The notes under the pieces were generated by a model that saw nothing but the letters and a program-made list of their open reading frames with translations, searched no databases and was not told the DNA's origin. DNA of 63,657 nucleotides, counting the filler, from Octopus bimaculoides (taxonomy: Eukaryota): NCBI RefSeq assembly GCF_001194135.2. It is 3 parts of 3 records of this genome, joined end to end, with 100 filler letters (N's around TTAATTAATTAA, not from the genome) between each part and the next. Parts side by side here need not be neighbours in the genome. Positions count along the whole stretch, not along the records: positions 1 to 23,053 come from NC_068992.1; 2 more parts are not named here. One strand, given 5' to 3'. Positions 1 to 12,794 of this stretch are shown here, in pieces (the first letter of the stretch is position 1; every line of letters starts with the position of its first letter). The position numbers were made by a program, and so were the translations under genes.

Positions 1-210
1 ATATATATATATATATATATATACATATGGTAGTATGTATGTATGTATGTATATATGTATATGTATATATATATGTATAAATATATACAGAAAGAATGTG
101 CAATAGAGAGAGAGAGAGAGAGGGAGGGAGGAGATAAAATTATATGTATGCGTGTATGCATCTGTGTATGTATATATAGGTGCACGCACACACACACACA
201 CACACATATA

Positions 211-249
<39 letters not shown>

Positions 250-330
250 GATTGTGTAAATCCCTATGGACATGAACGCATATGCAAAAATATGTATGTC
301 TGTACACATACGCATATATATATACATACA

Positions 331-380
<50 letters not shown>

Positions 381-1385
381 NNNNNNNNNNNNNNNNNNNN
401 NNNNNNNNNNNNNNNNNNNNNNNNNNNNNNNNNNNNNNNNNNNNNNNNNNNNNNNNNNNNNNNNNNNNNNNNNNNNNNNNNNNNNNNNNNNNNNNNNNNN
501 NNNNNNNNNNNNNNNNNNNNNNNNNNNNNNNNNNNNNNNNNNNNNNNNNNNNNNNNNNNNNNNNNNNNNNNNNNNNNNNNNNNNNNNNNNNNNNNNNNNN
601 NNNNNNNNNNNNNNNNNNNNNNNNNNNNNNNNNNNNNNNNNNNNNNNNNNNNNNNNNNNNNNNNNNNNNNNNNNNNNNNNNNNNNNNNNNNNNNNNNNNN
701 NNNNNNNNNNNNNNNNNNNNNNNNNNNNNNNNNNNNNNNNNNNNNNNNNNNNNNNNNNNNNNNNNNNNNNNNNNNNNNNNNNNNNNNNNNNNNNNNNNNN
801 NNNNNNNNNNNNNNNNNNNNNNNNNNNNNNNNNNNNNNNNNNNNNNNNNNNNNNNNNNNNNNNNNNNNNNNNNNNNNNNNNNNNNNNNNNNNNNNNNNNN
901 NNNNNNNNNNNNNNNNNNNNNNNNNNNNNNNNNNNNNNNNNNNNNNNNNNNNNNNNNNNNNNNNNNNNNNNNNNNNNNNNNNNNNNNNNNNNNNNNNNNN
1001 NNNNNNNNNNNNNNNNNNNNNNNNNNNNNNNNNNNNNNNNNNNNNNNNNNNNNNNNNNNNNNNNNNNNNNNNNNNNNNNNNNNNNNNNNNNNNNNNNNNN
1101 NNNNNNNNNNNNNNNNNNNNNNNNNNNNNNNNNNNNNNNNNNNNNNNNNNNNNNNNNNNNNNNNNNNNNNNNNNNNNNNNNNNNNNNNNNNNNNNNNNNN
1201 NNNNNNNNNNNNNNNNATATATATATGTATGTATGTATGCATGTATGTATGCATGTATGTATGTATGTGTGTGCGTGTATTTATGTATGTATGTAAATAT
1301 GTATGTAGGTAGGTATGTATAAATATATATATGATTATATCCATACATACATACATGAATGTAAGATAGATAAATAGATAGATAA

Positions 1386-1419
<34 letters not shown>

Positions 1420-1509
1420 GGCAATACTTGTGCTGAATAGTGCCGTTTGTCACTTTCGTGACGTATATATTTCTGCCTTTATGTTGTAAAATTACGAATT
1501 AGCCACCCA

Positions 1510-1553
<44 letters not shown>

Positions 1554-1554
1554 G

Positions 1555-1616
<62 letters not shown>

Positions 1617-1795
1617 TGTATACATACACATATATATATATATGTGTGTGTGTGTGTATATATATATATTGAAATTAATAAAGATACGGAGAACAGAAAT
1701 TTGCACATCCATATTTTATTATAGTTATTTACATCGTTCTTCGCTTGGACCTACGCACGTTTCCACTGCAACCGCTGCACACTGTTGAGTGTGCA

Positions 1796-2090
1796 TCTTA
1801 CTGTTGATCGTCGTCGCAGCTTCTTCAGCATCCGTTGTTCATTGTCGTTCGAAGGTCATCTGAAGAAAACTATGTGGCTGACCGAATAGGAGTCTTTTGA
1901 GAGGCATTGATATACACTCATGAAGTGGTGATAAAAACTCAATTTACTGAAGCAACAGACCTCTCCTCCCTCCACTTTAGAACTTCTGGTTGTCTCCTCC
2001 ACTCGCCCTCACTAAGTAACAAAGTATTCTCAGTACTGTGGTTGATATAGGTTGACTACAATCCCACGAGGGCTCTGCCCCTTTATAGCC
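1796..2090 (-). promoter_or_regulatory. Possible TATA-containing core promoter and first non-coding exon of a leftward gene
   Basis: Minus-strand CTATAAAGGGG (2082-87), an Inr-like TAGTC ~28 bp downstream, CpG-richer unique sequence, and a donor-like CA|GTAAGA at 1802/1801. Motif evidence only. Confidence 0.25.
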
Positions 2091-2572
2091 GCCATCCATC
2101 GATCGAAACACGTAAAAGGATAAAAGAAATAACTGGCAATAGTAATCGATATTTGCAAATTGATCTGATATTTGCATCGATGCCACCTACCGAACAGTAT
2201 GGTCGTTAACAACAGCATTTCTCAACAGGTCACTTCACACCAGTCGCAAGTAATTGTCTTACTTCATATTGGTCTTCTTTCTCTGCCTTTTTTTTCCTCT
2301 TAGCTCCACCACCACCACCACCACTACCGCCGAAAAAAATACCCCTTGGTGGAAACAATAAAAGAAAAATACAGATATTTATGCGAACATTATTGATTTT
2401 CTTCAAATATGATTACTGCTATTCCTTCGCCAACCTCTATCGTAATATTTTTTTTTAACTGACAGAGATTTCGTAATAACCATAATTAATAACTGAAATG
2501 GATATATATTTATTATTTATATTATTATTATTATTATTATAATAATTATTATAATTATTGTTATTATTATTG

Positions 2573-2610
<38 letters not shown>

Positions 2611-2611
2611 G

Positions 2612-2935
2612 TTCAGTAGTTTTATTTTTATAACGTGCTTTCACTTCACTACCGAGCGCAGCTCTGTGTGCCTTGGGTATGTGCTGTGGTTTGCTGTGGT
2701 GCTCTTATGTTTACTGTATTGAAAGTGTTTTGCGTAGAATGTGTGCAGTACCCAGTAGTGCAATTTTCTGTATGTTATATATATTTGTAAGTCCTGGTGT
2801 TTTTGTTATGTATTTGTCTGAATATTTTTTTATTATACCTAAGGCACCTACTATGATAGGAATTGTTTCTGTTTTTAGATTCCACATTCGAGTTATCGCT
2901 ATTTCCAGGTCTTTGTATTTTGAAAGTTTTTCCAT
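2612..2935 (-). mobile_element. R4/Dong-like RLE retrotransposon 3' end
   Basis: ORF 2711-2935 (EKLSKYKDLEIAITRMWNLKTETIPIIVGALG...QKIALLGTAHILRKTL) is the restriction-like endonuclease C-terminus. The 3' UTR abuts an (AAT)n tract and the 5' truncation abuts (GAA)n. Confidence 0.85.
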
Positions 2936-3069
2936 TTCTTCTTCTTCTTCTTCTTCTTCTTCTTCTTCTTCTTCTTCTTCTTCTTCTTCTTCTTCTTCTT
3001 CTTCTTCTTCTTCTTCTTCTTCTTCTTCTTCTTCTTCTTCTTCTTCTTCTTCTTCTTCTTCTTCTTCTT

Positions 3070-3136
<67 letters not shown>
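2936..3136. repeat. Compound microsatellite (TTC)~54 + (TTA)~13
   Basis: Read directly from the sequence. Many other (TA)n, (CA)n, (TATG)n, (GATA)n, (TTA)n and (CAT)n tracts occur throughout the window. Confidence 0.97.
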
Positions 3137-3137
<1 letters not shown>

Positions 3138-3477
3138 TTCTTTTCATCACAGGTTTTTTGGAACTCTTGGAGTCTTGCATTCGTAGCGGGCTTGCTGCCT
3201 GCAGTCTACGGTACCATGCTAGCTATTCTTTTCAGCACATGGCTATGATGCTCCCCCACTACTTTTGCAAGTGATCAGAGATGCACATGTTGTCAGTCGC
3301 GAAGGGACATGCTCAACTGGTTAAGGTCAAACGACCGACAAGCAAATCTGTGGTATTGAGCAGAATATTTGCTGTAGCCCATCTTTTTATACCAAGACAA
3401 AACAATGTACATGATAACACTTCCAATCAGTTAAGAGCAAAAGCCTTGAGAGCCAGTGCCTAATACTGCATCAGGGC

Positions 3478-3531
<54 letters not shown>

Positions 3532-3880
3532 CATCATCATCATTATTTAAAAGGTGGTGAACAGGCAGAATCTTTAGTGCGGCGGGCGAAATCTTTAGCG
3601 GCATTACGTTCTGCTCTGTGTCCTGAATTCAAATTCCACAGCGGTCGGATTTGCTTCTCACCCTTTCGGGGGTGGATGAAATAAGTACCAGTTGAGCACT
3701 GGGATCGATGACACCGACTATTTCCTTCACCACCAAATTTCAGGCCGTGTGTTCATTCTAGAAAGCAGGTGGGGCCCAGTTAGAATTTTCTTCAGGACGA
3801 ATAGCCCATCTCGCTCAAAAAGTCCCTGAATAAGGTTTGTTTAAGGATGTTGAGCAAAACACCCATGTTTCCAAAGGTGA

Positions 3881-3916
<36 letters not shown>

Positions 3917-3920
<4 letters not shown>

Positions 3921-3968
3921 TAGTCTTTTTTTTATCACGTGCTTGCACTACATTATCGAGCGCAGCTC
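3917..3968 (-). mobile_element. ~50-bp extreme 3' fragment of the same Dong-like family
   Basis: ttcagtagt...cacgtgct...cgagcgcagctct matches 2612-2667 and is again joined to (TTA)n. Confidence 0.65.
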
Positions 3969-4111
3969 TATTATCATTAAGGTGACGAGCCGGCAGAATC
4001 GTTAGCATGCCGGATGAAATGCATAGCGGCATTTCGTCCGTCTTTATGTTCTGAGTTCATATTTCGCCGAGGTCGGCTTCACCTTTCATCCTTTCGGAGT
4101 CGATGAAGCAA

Positions 4112-4290
4112 TTTTGTTAAAAGGGTTGGTGAATGTAGCACGAATGGCCCGAGTGAACTGGTGTACTCTAAGCGTGCGCCTCTAGATCGAGGGTTCATGA
4201 AATGGAGAGGGAACTTGTCCTAGCGGTCAGGGCGATCTTGGCCTTTGTGGAGTTTCCACGAACAGCCCTTGAAGCCTCCATCTTTTGAGG
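4112..4290 (-). mobile_element. Possible CR1-like LINE 3' remnant
   Basis: The minus-strand reading KGCSWKLHKGQDRPDR*DKFPLHFMNP loosely resembles the CR1 C-terminal RGH..KL.K.....D.R..FF..RVVN motif. Highly decayed. Confidence 0.3.
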
Positions 4291-4423
4291 ATTTATTTGT
4301 TCTAATTTTTATTTTTATTACCTTTTTACATGATTAAATCCCACTCTTCTGGTGTTGTGCCCTTTGCCGTCCCCAAACTTTTATATAAACTTTCAGTGGG
4401 GAATAAAGAAAAGATTATTATTA

Positions 4424-4506
<83 letters not shown>

Positions 4507-4821
4507 TCATTTGTTTCGAATCATAGCTTTCTATGAAATGTTCTAATTTGATACACGTATTGATTATTTGCAAATATTGATTAATTTTTAGTGTTTTAAT
4601 TATTTCGAAATTCGAGACAGAAGTAAATGGCATTATTTCCCCACTCACACCCACTTCTTTATTGATCTGTAACTGATTGAACAATAGGCTTCCATCAATG
4701 AGACTCGATAGAACATCGATGACAAAACAATAAATAAGTAATCGATAAATATATATGTGTGTGTGTGTATGTATGTACGTATGTATATACGTATGTATGT
4801 ATATATACTCTCTCTCTCTCT

Positions 4822-5227
4822 TTACTCTTTTACTTGTTTCAGTCATTTGACTGTGGCCATGCTGGAGCACCGCCTTTAGTCGAGCAAATCGACCCCAGGA
4901 CTTATTCTTTGTAAGCCGAGTACTTATTCTATCGGTCTCTTTTGCCGAACAGCTAAGTTACGGTGACGTAAACACACCAGCATCGGTTATCAAGCGATGC
5001 TGGGGGACAAGAACAGACGCACAAACATATACACACACACATACATATACATATACATATATACAACGGGTTTCTTTCAGTTTCCGTCTACCAAATCCAC
5101 TCACAAAACTTTGGTCGGCCCGAGGCTATAGTAGAAGACACTTGTCCAAGGTGCCACGCAGTGGGACTGAACCCGGAACCATGTGGTTCATAAGCAAGCT
5201 ACTTACCACACTGCCACTCCTACGCCT
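4822..5227 (-). mobile_element. tRNA-derived SINE family A, full length
   Basis: A-box-like tggcagtgtgg, B-box-like ggttcagtcc, an internal CA/TA microsatellite and a (GAGTAAAA)-like tail. Homologous copies occur throughout the window. Confidence 0.85.
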
Positions 5228-6439
5228 ATACATATATATATATATGTATAGGCGTAGGAGTGGCAGTGTGGTAAGTAGCTTGCTTATGAACCACATGGTT
5301 CCGGGTTCAGTCCCACTGCGTGGCACCTTGGACAAGTGTCTTCTACTATAGCCTCGGGCCGACCAAAGTTTTGTGAGTGGATNNNNNNNNNNNNNNNNNN
5401 NNNNNNNNNNNNNNNNNNNNNNNNNNNNNNNNNNNNNNNNNNNNNNNNNNNNNNNNNNNNNNNNNNNNNNNNNNNNNNNNNNNNNNNNNNNNNNNNNNNN
5501 NNNNNNNNNNNNNNNNNNNNNNNNNNNNNNNNNNNNNNNNNNNNNNNNNNNNNNNNNNNNNNNNNNNNNNNNNNNNNNNNNNNNNNNNNNNNNNNNNNNN
5601 NNNNNNNNNNNNNNNNNNNNNNNNNNNNNNNNNNNNNNNNNNNNNNNNNNNNNNNNNNNNNNNNNNNNNNNNNNNNNNNNNNNNNNNNNNNNNNNNNNNN
5701 NNNNNNNNNNNNNNNNNNNNNNNNNNNNNNNNNNNNNNNNNNNNNNNNNNNNNNNNNNNNNNNNNNNNNNNNNNNNNNNNNNNNNNNNNNNNNNNNNNNN
5801 NNNNNNNNNNNNNNNNNNNNNNNNNNNNNNNNNNNNAGGAATTGGCCGCAACTTTCAACAGGTCGAGAAGCTGCAAAGGTGATTCCCGCCTTGTCTCGAT
5901 AAAGTGCAACGAATTGGCCGTCTTGGTAGAGCGTCGGCGAAAATACATTTCTACGTAGTTGTATTCCTTGTGCGCTCAAATCTCGCAGTCGCCGACTTAA
6001 ATTTTCTTCTTTCCGACGCCCATAACATAAAGTACCAGTTAATAATCAACCGAACCTTCGTTTCAAATATGGGGTTTCGAACCAATGCGACCTCTTTTAT
6101 TCTGTGTCATGCATAGACTTATATTTAAGAATCTTCCTTTGCAGTTAGATGGTTCTAATCCCTCAGATGAGTGTCTCTTGTGCTATTGCCTCGGGACAAC
6201 TGTTTCGGTCTGATAAGGGTTAGACGGTCATATTTTATCTACCTTTAACTTGTTGCGACAATGCTGGAGCAACTCCTTGATGGGTTTAAGTCAAACAGAT
6301 CGACCCCAGGACTTATTTTTTAAAGCCTAGCACTTATTCTATCGGTGTCTTATTGCAGAACGGCTAAGTTACAAGGATGTAAACACACCAGCACCGGTTG
6401 TCAAACGGTGTGGGAGGACAACCACAGACACAAAGTGGG

Positions 6440-6488
<49 letters not shown>

Positions 6489-7455
6489 TATATAAGACGT
6501 GCTCCTTACAGTTTCCGTCTACCAAATCCGTCTACAAGGCTTTGGTAGGACCGAGGCTATTGTAGGAAACACTTGCCGAAGATGTCAGACAGTGGGATTG
6601 AACCCAAAACTATGTGGTTGAGAAGTAAGCTTCTCACCACACAGCCACATCAAATTATATTTACAGTTAAGCCGAAAAGGGGATCTCAAATCTGTGATTG
6701 AAAACATCTAATGTGTCCTTTCATTTTAAAACTCGTTAAGCTGAGGTTGGTTGAGGGGTTGTTGGCTGTTATTTTTTGAAATTCGAGTGACCGCATTATG
6801 TTTTATCTTTTAATTGCTTCAATTATAGGACTGTGATTCAAGAAAGGGACAACAAAACATCCAGATAGACGATACAAAGAAAACAAGGACAGGTCATTCG
6901 GAGTTTTCTTTCATCAGTCGAGATCCAGATTATCTTTGCAATTTCGGCTGGTTATTCTCGATATTGCTCCAATCTGGCCTGCCCCAACGAAAAACTAAGC
7001 TAAGACCATTAGATTCCTTGGAATTAAAGAAGCGAATGTATATAAAAACAAGGACGGAAAAAAAAACCGAACAATGTTACACAAATACAATAAAATTATA
7101 ACAGGACATAAAAACAGGTATCTTTCGACAAAGGACGAATTTTGGCCGAATGCCGGTCACGTGAGAAGAGAAGAAAGAGAGGTAGAGGCAGAGGGACAAA
7201 AGAATTAAGGAGGGGCGAGAAAAAAATGACTGGGTCACAGTGAAGTGAAAAGTAGAGGGGAAAGTGAGCAGGAAGAGAAGGCAAGGAAATGTGAGCGGGG
7301 TGGGTGGGTGAAAGAACGAAGAGTGGAATGAACGAATAAGGGTGAAGGGGCTGATAGACAGAAATAGAGTCGTATAAGATTTAGAAAAATGTATACTTAC
7401 ATATAAGAGACAAAGTGTACGTACGCCGCTATACACACAAACGTAATAAAAAAGG

Positions 7456-8063
7456 AGTACTGGTGGAACGTCCCAGTGAAAACCTCAAGAAAATTAAGCA
7501 CAACACACCTGACATAATGATTTGGGATAGAGAAGAGAAACTGTGTACAGTTGTGGAAATCAGCTACCCAGAGGACGTTAACATGAAGCTGAAGATCAGG
7601 GAAAAAGACATTACCTACTCTGAACTATTGAGAAATCTGCAGTTACTCTATCCAGATTACATGTTCAGGTTTATACCTGTAATTATTGAGGCCCTGAGAT
7701 ATGTAACACACTGCCTAAATATCAATCTTGAAAAGTTAGGCTTCTCAAAACCAGAAAGGAGAAAGCTAACTGGAGGCCTACAAATCTAATCCATCACTGG
7801 AACTGTAAAAATCTGTAAAACTTTCCAGAAGTTTATCATTTACATATATTTGAACATGTCTAGACATGCAACTATATGTATGATAGTACATAGATAAAAT
7901 CTGCAAATCTGCACATGCATAAATACATACATACATACATACATACATACATACATACATACAAAAATACCCTGTTGTTGAAATTCCAATGAAGGAGCCT
8001 TGGATCTAGGTTAGAAACCGGATCTTTATTGGTAAGAAATCTTGAAATAAAGTGAATAATGAC
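7456..8063 (+). mobile_element. RLE-type non-LTR retrotransposon 3' end (CRE/NeSL/R2-like superfamily; clade not resolved)
   Basis: Peptide KHNTPDIMIWDREEKLCTVVEISYP (PD...E RLE motif) ... GTVKICKTF. The 3' UTR contains (TACA)n and ends in (CATA)n. Confidence 0.8.
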
Positions 8064-9099
8064 ATACATACATACATACATGCATACATACATATTTGTG
8101 CGTGTATGTATTGATATATTTTACGAATGCTTTAAACAAACCCAAATCAGTTCCAATGTTGTCTGTAAAAGAAAACTCAGATCGATTTTAATACGCTGGA
8201 ACGAATTTATTAAGAAAAGAAGCGAACTAACCCCCCTCACCCCTGACCCCCCAAATAGCTGCTGAATATTTCTTTAGAAACCTGCATCAGTAGCACCACA
8301 ATTCCCTTCTACTCGTCCACCTACTCACCCACCCGAGCACCAGTACATTTTCCACGTTACTATATCTGGAGGTGCAAAGCCATTTTATCTGTAGATTTAG
8401 GATTTCCTTGCTTCTCAACAAATATGTTATAATTGCTCATGTACAGAGCTAGAACATATCTGAAAAGGAGATTTCTCCAAGTGATTTCAATAAGATGTTT
8501 GAGCTGAACTGAATGGCGAGAGACACCTGCATCCGGTGCGATGAGTCTTTAACACATCTAGACCGCACTCTGTAAAGATTCCTTCTATTCGCAATACCAT
8601 TTTCGTAGAAGCACCATTTCTTTCTTTTTTTCTTATTTTTATTTTGATAAATGTTTGTTTTTATGTTTTTATTATTCGGATTGACTTTCATTTTAATTAA
8701 CCTTTCTAAANNNNNNNNNNNNNNNNNNNNNNNNNNNNNNNNNNNNNNNNNNNNNNNNNNNNNNNNNNNNNNNNNNNNNNNNNNNNNNNNNNNNNNNNNN
8801 NNNNNNNNNNNNNNNNNNNNNNNNNNNNNNNNNNNNNNNNNNNNNNNNNNNNNNNNNNNNNNNNNNNNNNNNNNNNNNNNNNNNNNNNNNNNNNNNNNNN
8901 NNNNNNNNNNNNNNNNNNNNNNNNNNNNNNNNNNNNNNNNNNNNNNNNNNNNNNNNNNNNNNNNNNNNNNNNNNNNNNNNNNNNNNNNNNNNNNNNNNNN
9001 NNNNNNNNNNNNNNNNNNNNNNNNNNNNNNNNNNNNNNNNNNNNNNNNNNNNNNNNNNNNNNNNNNNNNNNNNNNNNNNNNNNNNNNNNNNNNNNNNNN

Positions 9100-9134
<35 letters not shown>

Positions 9135-10173
9135 GTGTGCGTGTGTCTATATGTGTGTGTGTTTTTAAGTGTGCGTGTGCGTGTGTATATTTGTCCCCCA
9201 CCATCGTTTAAAACGAATACTGGTTTGTATGTGTCTCCGTAACTTAGCAGTTCAGCCAAAGCTACCGATAAGTACTAGACTTTAAAAATCAAGTACCAGG
9301 GCTCGATTCATTCAACTAAACTCTTCAAGGTGATGCTCCAGCATGGCCGCAGTCCATTGACTGAAGCAATGAAAGTTAAAAGATAACAGACAAAAGCATG
9401 GAGAGGTGGAATAACTGAGGGGATATGGTACAAGTCTATGTAAGGAGATAATTGCCTAAAGTGACGTGCAGTAAGATCGAACGTGAAGACTCGATGCTGC
9501 GAAGAGAACAATTAGCTACGCTTTAATAATTATTTCTCCTCTTGAGACAAGGCCTTGACAGGGGGCTAGTCCACTACATCGTCCCCAGTGTGTAACTGGT
9601 ACTTATTTCATCGACTCCGAAAGGATGAAAGGCGAAGTCGATCTCGGCGGAATTTGAACTCAGAATAGAAGGACGAACGAAATGCCGTAGAGCGTTTTGT
9701 CCGGAGTGTTAACAATTCTGCCAGCTCGCCGCCTTAAGCTACACTATAATATTCTCTTCTACTCTNNNNNNNNNNNNNNNNNNNNNNNNNNNNNNNNNNN
9801 NNNNNNNNNNNNNNNNNNNNNNNNNNNNNNNNNNNNNNNNNNNNNNNNNNNNNNNNNNNNNNNNNNNNNNNNNNNNNNNNNNNNNNNNNNNNNNNNNNNN
9901 NNNNNNNNNNNNNNNNNNNNNNNNNNNNNNNNNNNNNNNNNNNNNNNNNNNNNNNNNNNNNNNNNNNNNNNNNNNNNNNNNNNNNNNNNNNNNNNNNNNN
10001 NNNNNNNNNNNNNNNNNNNNNNNNNNNNNNNNNNNNNNNNNNNNNNNNNNNNNNNNNNNNNNNNNNNNNNNNNNNNNNNNNNNNNNNNNNNNNNNNNNNN
10101 NNNNNNNNNNNNGCCAACACCAGTTGAGAAGTGGTGTGGGGAAAAACATACACAAACACGTACTCATACACAA

Positions 10174-10290
<117 letters not shown>

Positions 10291-10950
10291 CATATACACA
10301 AACACACATATATGTATATGCAAATATGTATACACACACATATGTATACACATATATGATGTCGGGCTTCTACACCATTTCATTCTACTCAAATCACTCA
10401 AATTGGCATTGGTTGGCCCGAGATGCCGTGCAATAGAGTTGAACCCAAGACCACTTGGTTACAAAGCAAACTTCTTAGTTACACCATATCTATACGTGCA
10501 TAATTTCAACTTTAAATTTTTTTCTAAATCCATGTTGTGGGAATGTACTCAAGTGGGCACCGAAACCTCGTCACTAACTTGAATCCCCAAATCTTTATCT
10601 GTACTCGAGACTTTCAGTAATTTTTGAGTTCGATAACATCTTAAGTGTCTGGCTGCGTTTCCGACAGAACGATTTTACTTTAGACGATTGTCTTTAGAAC
10701 GATTTTACTCAGATGATTGTCAGGAAATAGATACCTGACCTTCTGCAAGAAAACCAGCTGCGTAAATCAAGGAGGAGTATAAATAACCCAGAAAGAAAAC
10801 TAAGAAAAATATTTCACCTTCTTTAGTTACGGCTCTGCATTTGAGTTTAAAATCAAGGGTTGATAACATAAAGTATGTCGAGCACTGCTCTCTTCCTGTA
10901 ATATTTCTGGCCTTGTACCGATATCAGAAACAGATATTTAAAGACAGCTA

Positions 10951-11215
10951 ATACGTTGAGCCAAAAGTTTTGCATATTTTGGTAATTTATCTGCCTCGTA
11001 CATCAAGTTATAATAATAGCAACCGAGTGTTCAAAGTAGAGGCCATTGTGTTGTACCGTCTGAAGTTACCTTTCTGCTAGTTATTTGATCCCACACTGAT
11101 AAACGTCCTTGTTCTTCAAGGCGAAGAACTCCTTCATTGAAGCTCCCATCTCTTCTGGATTGATAAAGCGTTGCCAGCGCAGAAAGTGAGTCATCGATCG
11201 GAACAATTACGGGAC
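10951..11215 (-). mobile_element. Mariner transposase C-terminal remnant with 3' TIR
   Basis: Minus strand reads LFRSMTHFLRWQRFINPEEMGASMKEFF...YQCGIK*LAER...GLYFEH. The mariner-like TIR ends at TA 10949-50, and the element is cut off by a SINE-B insertion. Confidence 0.75.
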
Positions 11216-12486
11216 CTAAGGCCGCGAAGCTGCAGAATCATTAACACTTCGGATATAAATGCTTAGCGGCATTTCAACCGTCTTTTACGCTCTTTGTTCA
11301 AATTCTGTTGCGATCGACTTTCCCTATCATCCATTGGGGTCGATAAAATAAGTCCAATTGATTACTGGAGTCGATGTAAACGATTTAGCTCCTCTCACTG
11401 AAACTGCTAGCAGTGTACCAAAAGTTTGAAATCAATATTTCGTTTCACTATCAAAGCGTTCTAATATTTCTCAAATGATCCAAACAAAGTGTTTAGGTAT
11501 AGCAAGTGGATTTGTCTTGGTTGAGATAAAAATCAGTTTTGTTGAAAGAATGGAAATAATTTTAAAGAAATTCTCAGAAAATGCCTTACAGAATTCTCGA
11601 TGAGAACGCCAGCGCTGTAACTTCCAGTCGATTTGGTATCAAGGAAACATGTTGACATGTTTTTGCGAGTTAAAACAACTTTGTAAGGTTGGAATTAGTT
11701 TTAACAAAATGCTCTGAAAATTTCTTTTTTTTACCGGAGTCGAGATGAGTAGGTTAGTGCCGCGACACCCAGTCAATTTGGTATTAAGGAAGCATTTCAG
11801 CTTCGAAACTAACATGGTTCTTCGTTGGGAGTAAAAGACTAAATTTAGTATGCACAAGCATAAAGTATTTCTGGCAAAACGCCATTGAATATTTCTGGCA
11901 AGTTATCCAATGGTACATTAAAAGGAAAACAAAATGGCCAGGTTAATAAAGAGGACATCCTCATAAATGGTTGTTGGGAACTTCTTGAAAACTTGCTTTG
12001 GAATGTTTTGTTTCAGTAAAATCAGCATTTAGATATAATTATTGAATTTATGTCGGCGAAAATCCTAGAATTCTTGTCTTGTTTTCATATTTAATGGTTC
12101 TTTCTTCGGCTTGGAGTAAAGTGACGACAAAGAGGGAGGGAGAGAGAAAGAAAGGGGGGTTGAAATTGGAAGGAGAGAGAGGTAGAGGGGAAGGAAGAAT
12201 GACTCAACTTAATCAAGATATTGGAAGGAGGTTTAGAGGGGTGGGTGGGAAACGGCCCAGAAGAAAGTGGAATTGGTATATATATTGGAATATTTTGCAT
12301 TCACAACAAAAGCAGTCGATTATGCAGTTAAGCGAAACGACTTTCTAATTGAAAGAGAAAGCTGCATTGCTGTATGTATGTATATATATGCACACACAAT
12401 CACACACGCAAATATATATATATATTCATAATACAAGTATATATGCATGTATATGCAAATATATCAATCTATCAATTAGATACATA

Positions 12487-12518
<32 letters not shown>

Positions 12519-12640
12519 NNNNNNNNNNNNNNNNNNNNNNNNNNNNNNNNNNNNNNNNNNNNNNNNNNNNNNNNNNNNNNNNNNNNNNNNNNNNNNNNNN
12601 NGTATAAACACTATCACACATACATATACATAGACGTATA

Positions 12641-12740
<100 letters not shown>

Positions 12741-12794
12741 TGTATGTGTGTGTGTGTGTATATATATGTGTGTGTGTTTATAATCGAGGTACCA

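Noticed and set aside
43-1453. Long ORFs in the track here and at most other gaps (e.g. 5126-5979, 13197-14241, 33167-34108, 46813-47647)
   Set aside because: They are open only because N runs and TA/CA/TATG microsatellites lack stops. The peptides are YI/HT/CV repeats.
2673-3248. Poly-Ser, poly-Leu and poly-Lys ORFs
   Set aside because: These are translations of the (TTC)n/(TTA)n microsatellite plus the antisense strand of the Dong fragment.
11121-11185. Apparent + strand exon AKNSFIEAPISSGLIKRCQRR with good AG/GT sites
   Set aside because: The opposite strand is a clear mariner transposase remnant, so the splice-like signals are coincidental.
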